A DNA stretch of 64,000 nucleotides from a virus. Taxonomy: Duplodnaviria > Caudoviricetes. The stretch spans positions 2,063-66,062 of the IMG/VR virus record IMGVR_UViG_2841517901_000005; one strand, written 5' to 3'. The translations under genes and the position numbers were made by a program. Every line of letters starts with the position of its first letter. Positions within the stretch are counted from its first letter, which is position 1. Shown here piece after piece: positions 17,689 to 26,940 of this stretch. The notes below the pieces were generated by a model. That model saw nothing but the letters and a program-made list of their open reading frames with translations, was not told the origin of the DNA and did no database searches.

Positions 17689-18599
17689 GCATCACGCCCG
17701 AGATGATCGACGCGATGGTGGCGGCCGGGCTGACCCGCGAGCAGATGGCGACCCTGATGAAGGCTGCCATCGCGCAGGAAGAGGCGGAGAAAGTCGCTCG
17801 TCGAGCCAAGGCGGCCGCGAAGAAGCGTCGGCAGCGGGCAACCGGTAAGGGCAACATGTCCCCCGATGTCCCGGGGACAGACGGGGACATGCCGGGACAG
17901 AAGGGGACAAGCGGGGACGGTGGGGGACATGGTTCGCCCACCCCCCTCGATGTCCCCCGCCCCTCCCCGACACCCCACCCCACCCCCCTTAAACCCCCCG
18001 CCCACTCCGGTTCCGACCCTGACGGGTCGGCGCCGCCGAGCGGCGCGAGCGGGCAGGCCGGGGGTGGCGAAGGCGGCGATGGCGACCTGCCGGCAGAGGC
18101 CGGCGCCTACGATCCTCGTCTCGATCTGTTCAATCGGGGCAAGGACACGCTGCAGCGGATGACCGGTCGGCCGGATCCGGTCGTTCGCGCTCTGCTCGGC
18201 AAGTGGCTGCGGTTCTGCGATGACGACGCTTTGACTATCGTCCTCGCTATCGATGCGGCCGTTCAGCATAAACCGGCCGACGCCGTGTCTTTCATCGTCG
18301 GCAAGCTGCGGTCTGATGTTGCCGCTTGGGATACCAAACTAGAGAAGCCGCCAGATCGCGGTTCGCCTGACCGCCCACTGAATGCCTCTTCACGTCGTGC
18401 ACTTCTTCTCCGCCAAATTAAGCGAGACCACGATGCTCCCGACGACAACCCGACCCCGCGGTACGACGATGGCAGCCCCGTCATCGACCACGAGGAAGAT
18501 GGACGATCTGATCCGGACCTACTCGGGGGCGCTGGAGGAGATCCCCGGCGAGTTCCGCCGAATGGCCATCTCCGCGTCGCGAGTTCCCGGCATCGCTGA
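17685..18599 (+). CDS. Putative replication initiator (lambda O-like position)
   Basis: Helical N-terminus, internal iteron array, Pro-rich linker, helical C-terminal domain. Confidence 0.6.
   Translation: MSITPEMIDAMVAAGLTREQMATLMKAAIAQEEAEKVARRAKAAAKKRRQRATGKGNMSPDVPGTDGDMPGQKGTSGDGGGHGSPTPLDVPRPSPTPHPTPLKPPAHSGSDPDGSAPPSGASGQAGGGEGGDGDLPAEAGAYDPRLDLFNRGKDTLQRMTGRPDPVVRALLGKWLRFCDDDALTIVLAIDAAVQHKPADAVSFIVGKLRSDVAAWDTKLEKPPDRGSPDRPLNASSRRALLLRQIKRDHDAPDDNPTPRYDDGSPVIDHEEDGRSDPDLLGGAGGDPRRVPPNGHLRVASSRHR
17857..17958. repeat. Iteron array, putative replication origin
   Basis: Six GGGAC units at exact 10-bp spacing (17873-17929) flanked by inverted TGTCCC copies. Confidence 0.75.
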
Positions 18600-19137
18600 A
18601 CGGGCGGCACTGGAGGAGAGGCGCGACGAGCTTGCCCGCGCCCTACGCCAAGGTGGCAAGGCACATCAGCCGGCAGTCGCGCGGTTGCTCGGCGCGTTCC
18701 CAGCCTTCGGCGCCGATGACATCTCGACGGCCGATGCGATCGATGATTGGGTGAAGATCCTCTCGCCACTCCCGGTCTGGGCCGTCGCTGAGGCAGTGCA
18801 GCGGTTCCGCGAGAGCCGTGCGACCACCCCTTACGATCGCGGGCGCTGCCCGACTGAGCCCCAGGTAATCGCCGAAGCGCGCGTGCTGACAGCGCCCATC
18901 GACGAGGAGCTTCGCCGGATCGCGGCCATTCTCGATGCCGAGGTGATCCCAGAGCCCTCGCCGGAGGACCGCGAGAAGGTCGCACAGCTCGTGCGAGATC
19001 TCGCCGCCTCGCTGCGCAGCCCAGTTCCGCAGCTGGCCGAAGCCGAGCTCGCCCGGGTCACCGAAGGCGGCATGGGCGGGCTCAAGCTGGACCGTCGCAT
19101 CCTCGCCAAGGCCGGTGTGCCCAGCGAGGCCGCCTGA
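18433..19137 (+). CDS. Putative helicase loader/replication protein
   Basis: LSPLPVWAVAEAVQRF...CPTEPQV; follows the initiator. Confidence 0.55.
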   Translation: MLPTTTRPRGTTMAAPSSTTRKMDDLIRTYSGALEEIPGEFRRMAISASRVPGIAERAALEERRDELARALRQGGKAHQPAVARLLGAFPAFGADDISTADAIDDWVKILSPLPVWAVAEAVQRFRESRATTPYDRGRCPTEPQVIAEARVLTAPIDEELRRIAAILDAEVIPEPSPEDREKVAQLVRDLAASLRSPVPQLAEAELARVTEGGMGGLKLDRRILAKAGVPSEAA

Positions 19138-19207
19138 CCTTCCCCGAATCCCGCCACCGCGGGCCACCCTCCCCCACCACGGGGGATCCACCCACCAGGA
19201 GCACCCT

Positions 19208-19618
19208 ATGTCCGATCACGACCACGTCACCCGCACCGCCGCCCTCGTCTCGGCCTACGTCGCCCACAACTCGGTCCCGGTGAGCGACCTGCCCGGGCTG
19301 ATCGTCTCGACCCACGCGGCCCTGGCGAAGCTCGGCGCCCCGGCCGCGCCGGAGCCGGTCAAGCTCGAGCCGCCGGTACCGATCCGCAAGACGGTGACGC
19401 CGGACCACATCGTCAGCCTCGAGGACGGCCGGCCCTACAAGACCCTGAAGCGGCACCTGGCCGGGCGCGGGCTGACCCCGGAGCAGTACCGGGCGAAGTG
19501 GGGCTTGCCGGTCGACTACCCCATGGTGGCGGCGAACTACGCGGCGCAGCGGAGCGAGCTCGCGAAGTCGAGTGGGCTGGGGCAGAGCCGGAAGCGGCAT
19601 CTGGCGGCGGTGGCGTGA
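19208..19618 (+). CDS. mucR: MucR/Ros-family regulator
   Basis: TAALVSAYVAHN...PPVPIRKTVTPDHIVSLEDGRPYKTLKRHL...YPMVAANYA..RSELAK..GLGQ. Confidence 0.95.
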   Translation: MSDHDHVTRTAALVSAYVAHNSVPVSDLPGLIVSTHAALAKLGAPAAPEPVKLEPPVPIRKTVTPDHIVSLEDGRPYKTLKRHLAGRGLTPEQYRAKWGLPVDYPMVAANYAAQRSELAKSSGLGQSRKRHLAAVA

Positions 19619-19842
19619 TGGCCGAGCGGTCCGACTATGCCCTGATCGATGATCGCGGGGTCTACGCCATCACCATGGCGGAGCCGGACCAGCCCATGAC
19701 CGCGAAGCAGCGACGGGCGTGGGATCGCGACCTTGCCCGGTTCTGTGCTGACGGAATCCGGCGTGGGCACCGCATTGAGCGGATGTCGACTGACGAGGCC
19801 GTTCGCCGCCTGTGTGAGCGGCTGGGCGTAACGAGACCCTGA
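19618..19842 (+). CDS. Hypothetical protein
   Basis: TGATG coupling. Confidence 0.55.
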   Translation: MAERSDYALIDDRGVYAITMAEPDQPMTAKQRRAWDRDLARFCADGIRRGHRIERMSTDEAVRRLCERLGVTRP

Positions 19843-19895
19843 GACCCGGGCCGGCGCTTCGGCGCCGGCCTCATCCTGCAGCGTGGAGGCGTACC

Positions 19896-20645
19896 GTGAC
19901 GAAGAAGCAGCGCAACCGCCGCAAGGCCCGCCGCCAGCAATCGGTGAAGCACGCCCAGACCGCGGCTCGCCACGATCGCGAGAAGGCCATCAAGCGCCGC
20001 CTGCGGGCCCGTGAGCGGGTGATCCTCCCCGCCGGCCGGGAATGGCTCGCCGTCGAGGCCTACCCGCTCAGCGGTAATCGCTGCGCCAAAGCGCTCACCG
20101 CCGCAGGCCTCCCGGTATTCGAGGCTCGGGAGAAGGTTCGCGAGCAACGCGACGGCGGACCACCGCGGGTCGCCATGGTGCCGGTGATGCGTCGGGTAAT
20201 CTTCGTCGGCCTGCGGGGTTGGTCCGACATGCGGCTGATCGAGGAATGCCGGCACGTCTGGCAGGTGTTCGGCGTCATCGGCGACGGCCTCGGCTGGATC
20301 CATCGTGAGCAGTTCCGGCAAGCGCTTCTTGATGCCGACATCTGCGGCGACCGGGCGGTGCCCTTCATCGCCGCCGGCCCGATGCAGCATTTTGCGGACC
20401 ACGTGTGCAAATACATGCGCTACGATCCCGACACCGACACCTCGCACGTCGTCAGCGGCGATGAGTTGCTGGAGCTGCTCTACGGCGTGGGCGATCGCGT
20501 GCGGGTCACTTCAGGCCCGTTCGCGTCGTTCCCCGGTGTCGTTGAATCGCATGACCGCAAGACCGATCTCTACACGGTCGGCGTCAGCATCTTCGGGCGT
20601 GTCACGCAAGTAGCCTGTGAAGAGCGGCACCTCGAGGCAGCGTAA
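19896..20645 (+). CDS. nusG: NusG/RfaH-family antiterminator paralogue
   Basis: NGN-like region plus KOW motif GDRVRVTSGPFASFPGVV...VSIFGRVT. Confidence 0.85.
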   Translation: MTKKQRNRRKARRQQSVKHAQTAARHDREKAIKRRLRARERVILPAGREWLAVEAYPLSGNRCAKALTAAGLPVFEAREKVREQRDGGPPRVAMVPVMRRVIFVGLRGWSDMRLIEECRHVWQVFGVIGDGLGWIHREQFRQALLDADICGDRAVPFIAAGPMQHFADHVCKYMRYDPDTDTSHVVSGDELLELLYGVGDRVRVTSGPFASFPGVVESHDRKTDLYTVGVSIFGRVTQVACEERHLEAA

Positions 20646-20845
20646 TGCTTGCCGGATTGCCCACCGCGCTATAGGTTGCGCTTCAGGCAATCCAGCTCCA
20701 GCGCAAGGGGCCTTCCCTTCGCGAAAGACGCGCCCCGGTTGGGGCCCGCCGGATCACCGATCCGCAGCTTGGACCCGGCCCACGCGGGTGCAGCACCTGG
20801 CGAGGCGGCCGGTTTACCTATGCCCTTGCACTGCCGATCCCACCC

Positions 20846-20977
20846 ATGCCAACCACCCGCAAGGCCACCAAGGCGCCCCCCATCCTCGTCGTCGGCTGGG
20901 CCTCCTCAGGCCGCATCATCACGATGCATGATCCCTCGCCCGAGGTGCTGAAGGCCCTGGAGGGGATGCGGAAGTAG
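20846..20977 (+). CDS. Possible 43-aa ORF in the late leader
   Basis: MPTTRKATKAPPILVVGW...; GC3-rich codons but no clear RBS. Confidence 0.35.
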   Translation: MPTTRKATKAPPILVVGWASSGRIITMHDPSPEVLKALEGMRK

Positions 20978-21001
20978 GCCAGCGCTCTCACGATCCGCTC
21001 A

Positions 21002-21712
21002 ATGCCGATCCTTTCCAACTCAAAGCATGAGCTGTTCGCTCAGGAAGTCGCTCAGGGCCGCTCAGCGAGTGAGGCGTTCGTCCGCGCCGGCTACTCGGCG
21101 CATGATGGCAACGCTGCGCGTCTGAGAGGCAATGAGAAGGTTCGAGCCCGGATTGATGAGATCCTGGCCGAGGGCGCCGAGCGTGCGGGCGTGACCGTCG
21201 AGCGCGTTGTCCGCGAGCTCGCCAAGATCGCCTTCAGCGACATCCGCAAGGCGATGAAGTGGGGTGAGACGGTCATGGTGCCGTGCTCGCCCGAGGTCGC
21301 GGACCACTTCATCCGGGCTGACGGAAAAGGGATCGAGGAGGACTTCGAGGCCGAGGTCGAGGAGGAGTTGGAGCCTCAGCCTCGTGGCGGAGCGCTGAAG
21401 CGACGGCGGGTTGGCGCGGAGGGCGTCATTGCTGTCCGCGCCCACACGCCGATGGCCTTGATCCCGTCGGATCAGATCGACGACGACACGGCGGGCGCTG
21501 TCGCCGAGGTCAAGCAGACCCGAGAGGGCATGGCCTTCAAGATGCACGACAAGCTCGCCGCCCTGGATAAGCTCGGTCGGCACCTCGGGATGTTCAAGGA
21601 CAAGGTCGAGCACTCCGGCCCCGGCGGCGGCCCGATCCAGACCATCACGAAAACCATGTCGCCCAAGGAAGCGGCCGACGCTTATGCCGGCACCATCAAC
21701 GGCGACGACTGA
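21002..21712 (+). CDS. terS: Terminase small subunit
   Basis: KHELFAQ..AFVRAGYS..AARL..VVRELAKIAFSD..KMHDKLAALDKLGRHLGMF. Confidence 0.92.
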   Translation: MPILSNSKHELFAQEVAQGRSASEAFVRAGYSAHDGNAARLRGNEKVRARIDEILAEGAERAGVTVERVVRELAKIAFSDIRKAMKWGETVMVPCSPEVADHFIRADGKGIEEDFEAEVEEELEPQPRGGALKRRRVGAEGVIAVRAHTPMALIPSDQIDDDTAGAVAEVKQTREGMAFKMHDKLAALDKLGRHLGMFKDKVEHSGPGGGPIQTITKTMSPKEAADAYAGTINGDD

Positions 21713-23384
21713 GACCTGGCCGCCGGACTACGTCGAGGCGTTCGCCTGGCGGCAGAAGCAGGCCTTGAAGCTCAAGGCCAATCCGGCGACGCTCTACGGA
21801 GCCAAGGAGTTCTACCGCAGCCGCCCGGTCGAGTTCATCAACCACTGGGCAATCACCTACGATCCGCGGCTTGCCAGCGGCGAGCTGCCGGCGAAGCTGC
21901 CCTTCATCCTGTTCCGTCGGCAGGCCGACCTTGTCACCTTCCTGCTGGCCTGCCTGCACGGCGAGGAAAACGGCCTCGTCGAGAAGTGCCGCGATGCCGG
22001 CGCCACGTGGGTCTGCTGCGCCTTCTCGGTCTGGCTGTGGCTGTTCTGGCCGGGCGCAGCGGTTGGATGGGGCTCCCGGAAGGAACAGTTGGTCGACCGC
22101 ATCGGCGACGCCGACAGCATCTTCGAGAAGATGAGGATCATTGTTAGAGGCCTCCCGCGGCAGTTCTGGCCGGCCGGGTTCAGCCCTGTCGACCACATGA
22201 CTTACATGCGGCTCATCAACCCCGAGAACGATGCTTCGATCACGGGCGAGGCAGGCGACAACATCGGTCGCGGCGGCCGCAAGCTGATCTACTTCAAAGA
22301 CGAGAGCGCCCACTACGAGCGCCCGGAGAAGATCGAAGCGGCGCTCGCGGACAACACCCGGGTCCAGATCGACATCAGCTCGGTCAACGGTCTCGGCAAC
22401 GTGTTCCATCGGCGCCGTGAGGCGGGCTCTGACTGGCAGGGCGGCCCGGTCACGAAGGGCAAGACGAACGTTTTCGTGTTCGACTGGCGCGACCACCCGG
22501 GCAAGGATCAGGCCTGGTACGATGCCCGGCGCGGCAAGGCGCAGGCCGATGGCCTGATGCACGTATTCGCCCAGGAGGTGGATCGGAACTACGCCGCAGC
22601 GGTCGACAACGTCATCATCCCGGCCGAGTGGGTGAAGGCGGCGATCGACGCCCATGTGAAGCTGGGCTTCGACGACACCGGCATGTGGATGGCGGCGCTC
22701 GATGTTGCCGACGAGGGCGGTGACCGCAACGCTCTCTCGAAGCGCAAGGGCGTGATCTTGAAGAGCCTCGAGGAGTGGGGCGAGCGCGATACGGGCGAGA
22801 CGACGCGTCGCGCAGTCGACGGGTGCGCCGGGCTTGGTGAGATCGACCTGCAGTACGACAGCGTCGGGGTAGGTGCCGGTGTGAAGGCGGAAGCGAACCG
22901 GCTCGCCGACGAGAACCTGCTGCCGCCCGGCCTCTTCCTGACCCCGTGGAGCGCCGGTGCAGCCGTGCTCTGGCCCGATCAGCACGTCGAGCCGAACGAC
23001 CGGCAGACCCCGCTCAACAAGGATTTCTACGCCAACCTGAAAGCTCAGGCTTGGTGGCAGCTGCGGCGCCGGTTCGAGCGGACGTGGCGCGCGATCAACG
23101 ATCCCGGCTTCACGTGGGCGCCCGAGGACCTGATCTCGCTGCCCTCCACGCTGCCCCTGCTCCGGCAGCTGGAAAAGGAACTCAGCCAGCCCACCACGCG
23201 GCGCGATGGACGGATGAGGCTCGTGATCGACAAAGCCCCGCCTGGAACCCGCTCGCCCAACCTCGCCGACTCGGTCGTCATGGTCTACTGGCCCGTCGAG
23301 ACGCTGCGCCCGCTGCGCATCAGCCCAGCGGCGCTGGCCGCAGCCCGCTCGCGCACCCCTCTCCGCTTCGGGAGAGGCCGGTGA
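21684..23384 (+). CDS. terL: Terminase large subunit
   Basis: EKCRDAGATW (Walker A), YFKDESAH (Walker B), nuclease LDVADEGGD, SPNLADS. Confidence 0.93.
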   Translation: MPAPSTATTETWPPDYVEAFAWRQKQALKLKANPATLYGAKEFYRSRPVEFINHWAITYDPRLASGELPAKLPFILFRRQADLVTFLLACLHGEENGLVEKCRDAGATWVCCAFSVWLWLFWPGAAVGWGSRKEQLVDRIGDADSIFEKMRIIVRGLPRQFWPAGFSPVDHMTYMRLINPENDASITGEAGDNIGRGGRKLIYFKDESAHYERPEKIEAALADNTRVQIDISSVNGLGNVFHRRREAGSDWQGGPVTKGKTNVFVFDWRDHPGKDQAWYDARRGKAQADGLMHVFAQEVDRNYAAAVDNVIIPAEWVKAAIDAHVKLGFDDTGMWMAALDVADEGGDRNALSKRKGVILKSLEEWGERDTGETTRRAVDGCAGLGEIDLQYDSVGVGAGVKAEANRLADENLLPPGLFLTPWSAGAAVLWPDQHVEPNDRQTPLNKDFYANLKAQAWWQLRRRFERTWRAINDPGFTWAPEDLISLPSTLPLLRQLEKELSQPTTRRDGRMRLVIDKAPPGTRSPNLADSVVMVYWPVETLRPLRISPAALAAARSRTPLRFGRGR

Positions 23385-24946
23385 GGCGTTCCGCCCGCCG
23401 CCAGCGTGCCCGCGATCGCCGCCAGGCCGCGCCACAGGTCTCGGTGTCCGAGGCCATGCTGAAGGTCGGCTACGAGATCGTCGCCCGGGAGCGTGCCAAG
23501 CGCCAGCAGGTGGCCCCGGTCAACCCGTTCAAGCCGGCCGAGCACCCGGCCGCGTTCATGCCCGATGGCGGGCTGGCGATGGACGACGCCCTGACCGATG
23601 TCGGGTCGTGGGCCACGCAGGTCTCGAGCGACTTCGCCGGCAGCGACTGCCAGCACTTCCTCGGCTTCGGCCCGCTCTCGCTCCTGGCGCAGCGGCCGGA
23701 GTACCGGCGGATCACGGAGGTGATCGCGACGGAGGCGACACGGAAGGGGATCCGGATCACGGCCAGCGGCCCGGACAAGGCCAAGCGCGTGAAGGCGATC
23801 GAGGCCGAGTTCCGGCGGTTCCGGGTCATGGACCTGATGCGCAAGGCGGCCGAGCAGGACGGGTTCTTCGGCCGCGGCCACGTCTACGTCGATCTCGGCG
23901 AGGTGAGCCGCGAGGAGCTTGCCACGCCGATCGGGTCCGGAACCGATGATGCGAGCCGCGCCAAGGTGGTGCGGGGCAGCCTGCGGGGCCTCCGCACCAT
24001 CGAGCCGCTGTGGGTCGTGCCAACCGGCTATAACGCCAGCGACCCCCTCGCCCCGAACTGGTACCGGCCGACGGCCTGGTTCGTGCAGGGCCGCAACATC
24101 CACGTCAGCCGCCTGCTCACGTTCATCGGGCGGGAGGTGCCGGACCTGCTGAAGCCGGCCTACAGCTTCGGCGGCCTCTCGCTCACCCAGATGGCCCGGC
24201 CCTACGTCGACAACTGGCTGCGGACCCGGCAGAGCGTCAGCGACCTCGTCAGCGCCTTCTCGGTTATGGTGCTGGCGACCCGGATGGGGAACGCGCAGGG
24301 CGCCGTAGGCGAGGATTTCTTCAACCGGGTCGAGCTGTTCAACCTGACGCGGGACAACCGTGGCGTCTGGGTGGTCGACAAAGACACTGAGGACATGAAG
24401 AACGTCAGCGCGCAGCTGAGCACGCTGGACGTTCTGCAGGCCCAGAGCCAAGAGCACATGGCCTCGGTGAGCGGCATCCCGCTCATCAAGCTCCTCGGGA
24501 TCCAGCCGGCCGGCCTGAACGCCTCGAGCGAGGGCGAGATCCGCGTCTTCTACGACTGGATCCACGCCTACCAGGAGGCGCTGTTCCGGCCGAACCTGAC
24601 CACCATCCTCGGGCTCGTGCAGCTCAACCTCGATGGTGTGGTCGATCCCGAGATCGGATTCGAGTTCGAGCCGCTGTGGTCGCTTTCGGACAAGGAGCGG
24701 GCGGAGGTCGAGAAGACCGAGGCCGAGACAGACCAGCTACGGATCGACAGCGGCGTGATCGCCCCGACCGAATCCCGCAAGCGCCTCGCCGACGACGCGG
24801 ACAGCCCCTATCACGGCCTCGACCCGGACGACCTGCCGGAAGGCGAGGAAGACGACGAAGACAACCCGGGCGAAGGCGACGACGGTACCGCGCCGGCTGT
24901 GGCCCGCCTGTTCGATGCCGCCCGGGCGCGGGTGGCCGCGGAGTAG
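23381..24946 (+). CDS. Portal protein (DUF1073/HI1409 type)
   Basis: LAQRPEY, IHVSRLL, YSFGGLSL, SGIPLIKLLG..PAGLNASSEGE, FEPLW; follows TerL. Confidence 0.9.
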   Translation: MRRSARRQRARDRRQAAPQVSVSEAMLKVGYEIVARERAKRQQVAPVNPFKPAEHPAAFMPDGGLAMDDALTDVGSWATQVSSDFAGSDCQHFLGFGPLSLLAQRPEYRRITEVIATEATRKGIRITASGPDKAKRVKAIEAEFRRFRVMDLMRKAAEQDGFFGRGHVYVDLGEVSREELATPIGSGTDDASRAKVVRGSLRGLRTIEPLWVVPTGYNASDPLAPNWYRPTAWFVQGRNIHVSRLLTFIGREVPDLLKPAYSFGGLSLTQMARPYVDNWLRTRQSVSDLVSAFSVMVLATRMGNAQGAVGEDFFNRVELFNLTRDNRGVWVVDKDTEDMKNVSAQLSTLDVLQAQSQEHMASVSGIPLIKLLGIQPAGLNASSEGEIRVFYDWIHAYQEALFRPNLTTILGLVQLNLDGVVDPEIGFEFEPLWSLSDKERAEVEKTEAETDQLRIDSGVIAPTESRKRLADDADSPYHGLDPDDLPEGEEDDEDNPGEGDDGTAPAVARLFDAARARVAAE

Positions 24947-24952
24947 CTGCCC

Positions 24953-25504
24953 ATGCGGCGCATCTACGGATACGGGCTCGGCGCCTTCGCGCTGGCGGCG
25001 GCCTCCGCTGCGGCCGCCCAGACCTACCAGACCTGGGTCGGCCAAGCGGGCGAGCAGCTGCCGGGTTTCGTCATCACCTGCCCGACCGGTTCGGCGCGCC
25101 AGGCGGCGCCCTGTGGTACCCCCGGCAACCCGTTGCAGGTGGCGAGCGCTCCGAGCGCCAGCCCCGACAACGGGCTCGCCGTCTCCCGGATCATGACCAC
25201 CGCCAGCGCTGCGGCGATGACGATCAAGCCGGCGCCGGGTCGGCTCTACGCCTTCAACCTGTGCAACAACGCCAGCACCAGCCGCTACGTGCGGTTCTAC
25301 AACGCCGCCGCGGCCACCACCGGCACCACCCCGGTCTACGCCGGACCGATCACGCTGGCCGCAGGCGGATGCCAGCAGTTCACCACCGCGGTCGGGCTCG
25401 GCTTCTCGGCCGGCATCGCCCTGTCGGTGACAGCGGCCAACGGCGACGGTGACGCGACACCCGGCATCGCTGGGGACGTCTCGGGCTTCCTGGGGTTCCT
25501 GTGA
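24953..25504 (+). CDS. Secreted beta-rich protein with signal peptide
   Basis: [22 protein letters not shown]|Q; 4 Cys in the mature part. Confidence 0.75.
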   Translation: MRRIYGYGLGAFALAAASAAAAQTYQTWVGQAGEQLPGFVITCPTGSARQAAPCGTPGNPLQVASAPSASPDNGLAVSRIMTTASAAAMTIKPAPGRLYAFNLCNNASTSRYVRFYNAAAATTGTTPVYAGPITLAAGGCQQFTTAVGLGFSAGIALSVTAANGDGDATPGIAGDVSGFLGFL

Positions 25505-25881
25505 TGCGTGCCCTGCTCGCCTTGCTGGCGCTCTGCGGTTCTGCCGCAGCGGCCGACATGACGCCGTTCTACCGGATGCAGTCGGATCCGTACCTGCTGC
25601 CCTCCACGACGGCGCCAGCGCAGTACCCGATTCCGCAGCCGGTCGGCGCCACCTCGTACCGGATCGTCAACCCCTGTCAGGTCGACATCCGGTTGAAGAC
25701 GGTCGCCACCACCTCGTCGCAGGTCACCGCGAGCACCGGCACTCGCATCCTTGCCCGCACCGTCGAAGTGCTGGCATCGAGCCCGTCTCTCAGCAACCCG
25801 CGCATCGTGTCGATCATGACGATGGCGGATCCGGGCGCCGCGGGCTGCACGGTCGAGTTCACCTACGGGTCGGGGCAGTGA
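25504..25881 (+). CDS. Secreted small protein with signal peptide
   Basis: [17 protein letters not shown]|D; 2 Cys in the mature part. Confidence 0.75.
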   Translation: MRALLALLALCGSAAAADMTPFYRMQSDPYLLPSTTAPAQYPIPQPVGATSYRIVNPCQVDIRLKTVATTSSQVTASTGTRILARTVEVLASSPSLSNPRIVSIMTMADPGAAGCTVEFTYGSGQ

Positions 25882-26861
25882 GGGCGCACGTCGCGCTCGC
25901 CTTGGCGCTCGCGGCGGTACCGCTTGCCGCGCAGGCTCGCGGGATCGGTGCGCCGGGCGTCGGGTCCCCGGGGCCGCAGGGTGATCCGGGACCGCCAGGA
26001 GCCCAGGGCGGCGTAGGACCGAAGGGGGATCAGGGTGCAGCAGGTCCGGCCGGATCCCAAGGACCACCCGGTCCTCAGGGAGTTCGTGGAAGCGATGGTC
26101 CGACAGGTCCAACAGGAGCGACGGGCCCGGCCGGCGTATCGGGGTCTGCTGGACCTGCCGGAGCCCAAGGCGCTACCGGGCCTGGGGGCGCCACTGGTGC
26201 CGCAGGACCTGCCGGGGTCGCTGGTCCGCGTGGCGATACCGGGCCCGCAGGTGCAGCGGGCACTGCCGGTCCGCAGGGAGTAGCGGGGGCGAAGGGTGAC
26301 CAAGGATCTCCAGGCCCGACCGGCGCTCAAGGTCCGAAGGGCGATGCAGGCCCTGCTGGTGCAACTGGCCCGGCTGGACCCACCGGCTCCGCAGGCCCAC
26401 AGGGCAGCCCTGGACCTGCAGGCGCTGCTGGACCCGCAGGAGCCCAGGGCGCCCAAGGCATCCCGGGCGCCAAAGGCGACACCGGCGCCGCGGGTGCGAC
26501 CGGCGCGCAAGGCCTGACCGGTCCAGCCGGGGCCGCCGGGCCGCAGGGCGCCACAGGTCCGGCCGGACCCACGGGCGCGACCGGGCCGAAGGCCTCCACC
26601 TTCGTCTGCACCACCACCGTCGCCGAGACGATGCTGGCGGCGGTCTCGTCGGGCATCCGCGAGCGGGCCGGTGTCACCTGCGCCGGCGTGCTCGCAACCG
26701 ACATCCTCGAGATCTACCCGACGACCCTCCCGAGCGGCTACGCGGTCCACCACGCGATCCCGACCGCTGCGAACACGTTCCGGGCGACGATCTCGCAGCC
26801 CGGCATCGCGATCGGCGCGTCCTACTCCATCCCGGTCGCGGTCTATGCCGTGAACCGGTGA
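25878..26861 (+). CDS. Collagen-like protein with signal peptide
   Basis: GTG start [20 protein letters not shown]|R; 70 uninterrupted Gly-X-Y triplets (25962-26591); C-terminal beta domain with 2 Cys. Confidence 0.88.
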   Translation: MRAHVALALALAAVPLAAQARGIGAPGVGSPGPQGDPGPPGAQGGVGPKGDQGAAGPAGSQGPPGPQGVRGSDGPTGPTGATGPAGVSGSAGPAGAQGATGPGGATGAAGPAGVAGPRGDTGPAGAAGTAGPQGVAGAKGDQGSPGPTGAQGPKGDAGPAGATGPAGPTGSAGPQGSPGPAGAAGPAGAQGAQGIPGAKGDTGAAGATGAQGLTGPAGAAGPQGATGPAGPTGATGPKASTFVCTTTVAETMLAAVSSGIRERAGVTCAGVLATDILEIYPTTLPSGYAVHHAIPTAANTFRATISQPGIAIGASYSIPVAVYAVNR

Positions 26862-26940
26862 CGACCCGCCTGGATCTGGCACACTGGCGCCCCGACTCGC
26901 GAGGCGCCCATGATCGACCTGCCCTGGAACGAGCTATTCG

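Noticed and set aside
20660-20830. tRNA or known riboswitch in the late leader
   Set aside because: No T-loop (GTTCRA) or cloverleaf; kept only as an unspecified structured leader
23381-24946. Anti-CBASS Acb1, a label sometimes attached to DUF1073 proteins
   Set aside because: Position, length and motifs are those of a portal; no paired HxT phosphoesterase motifs recognised
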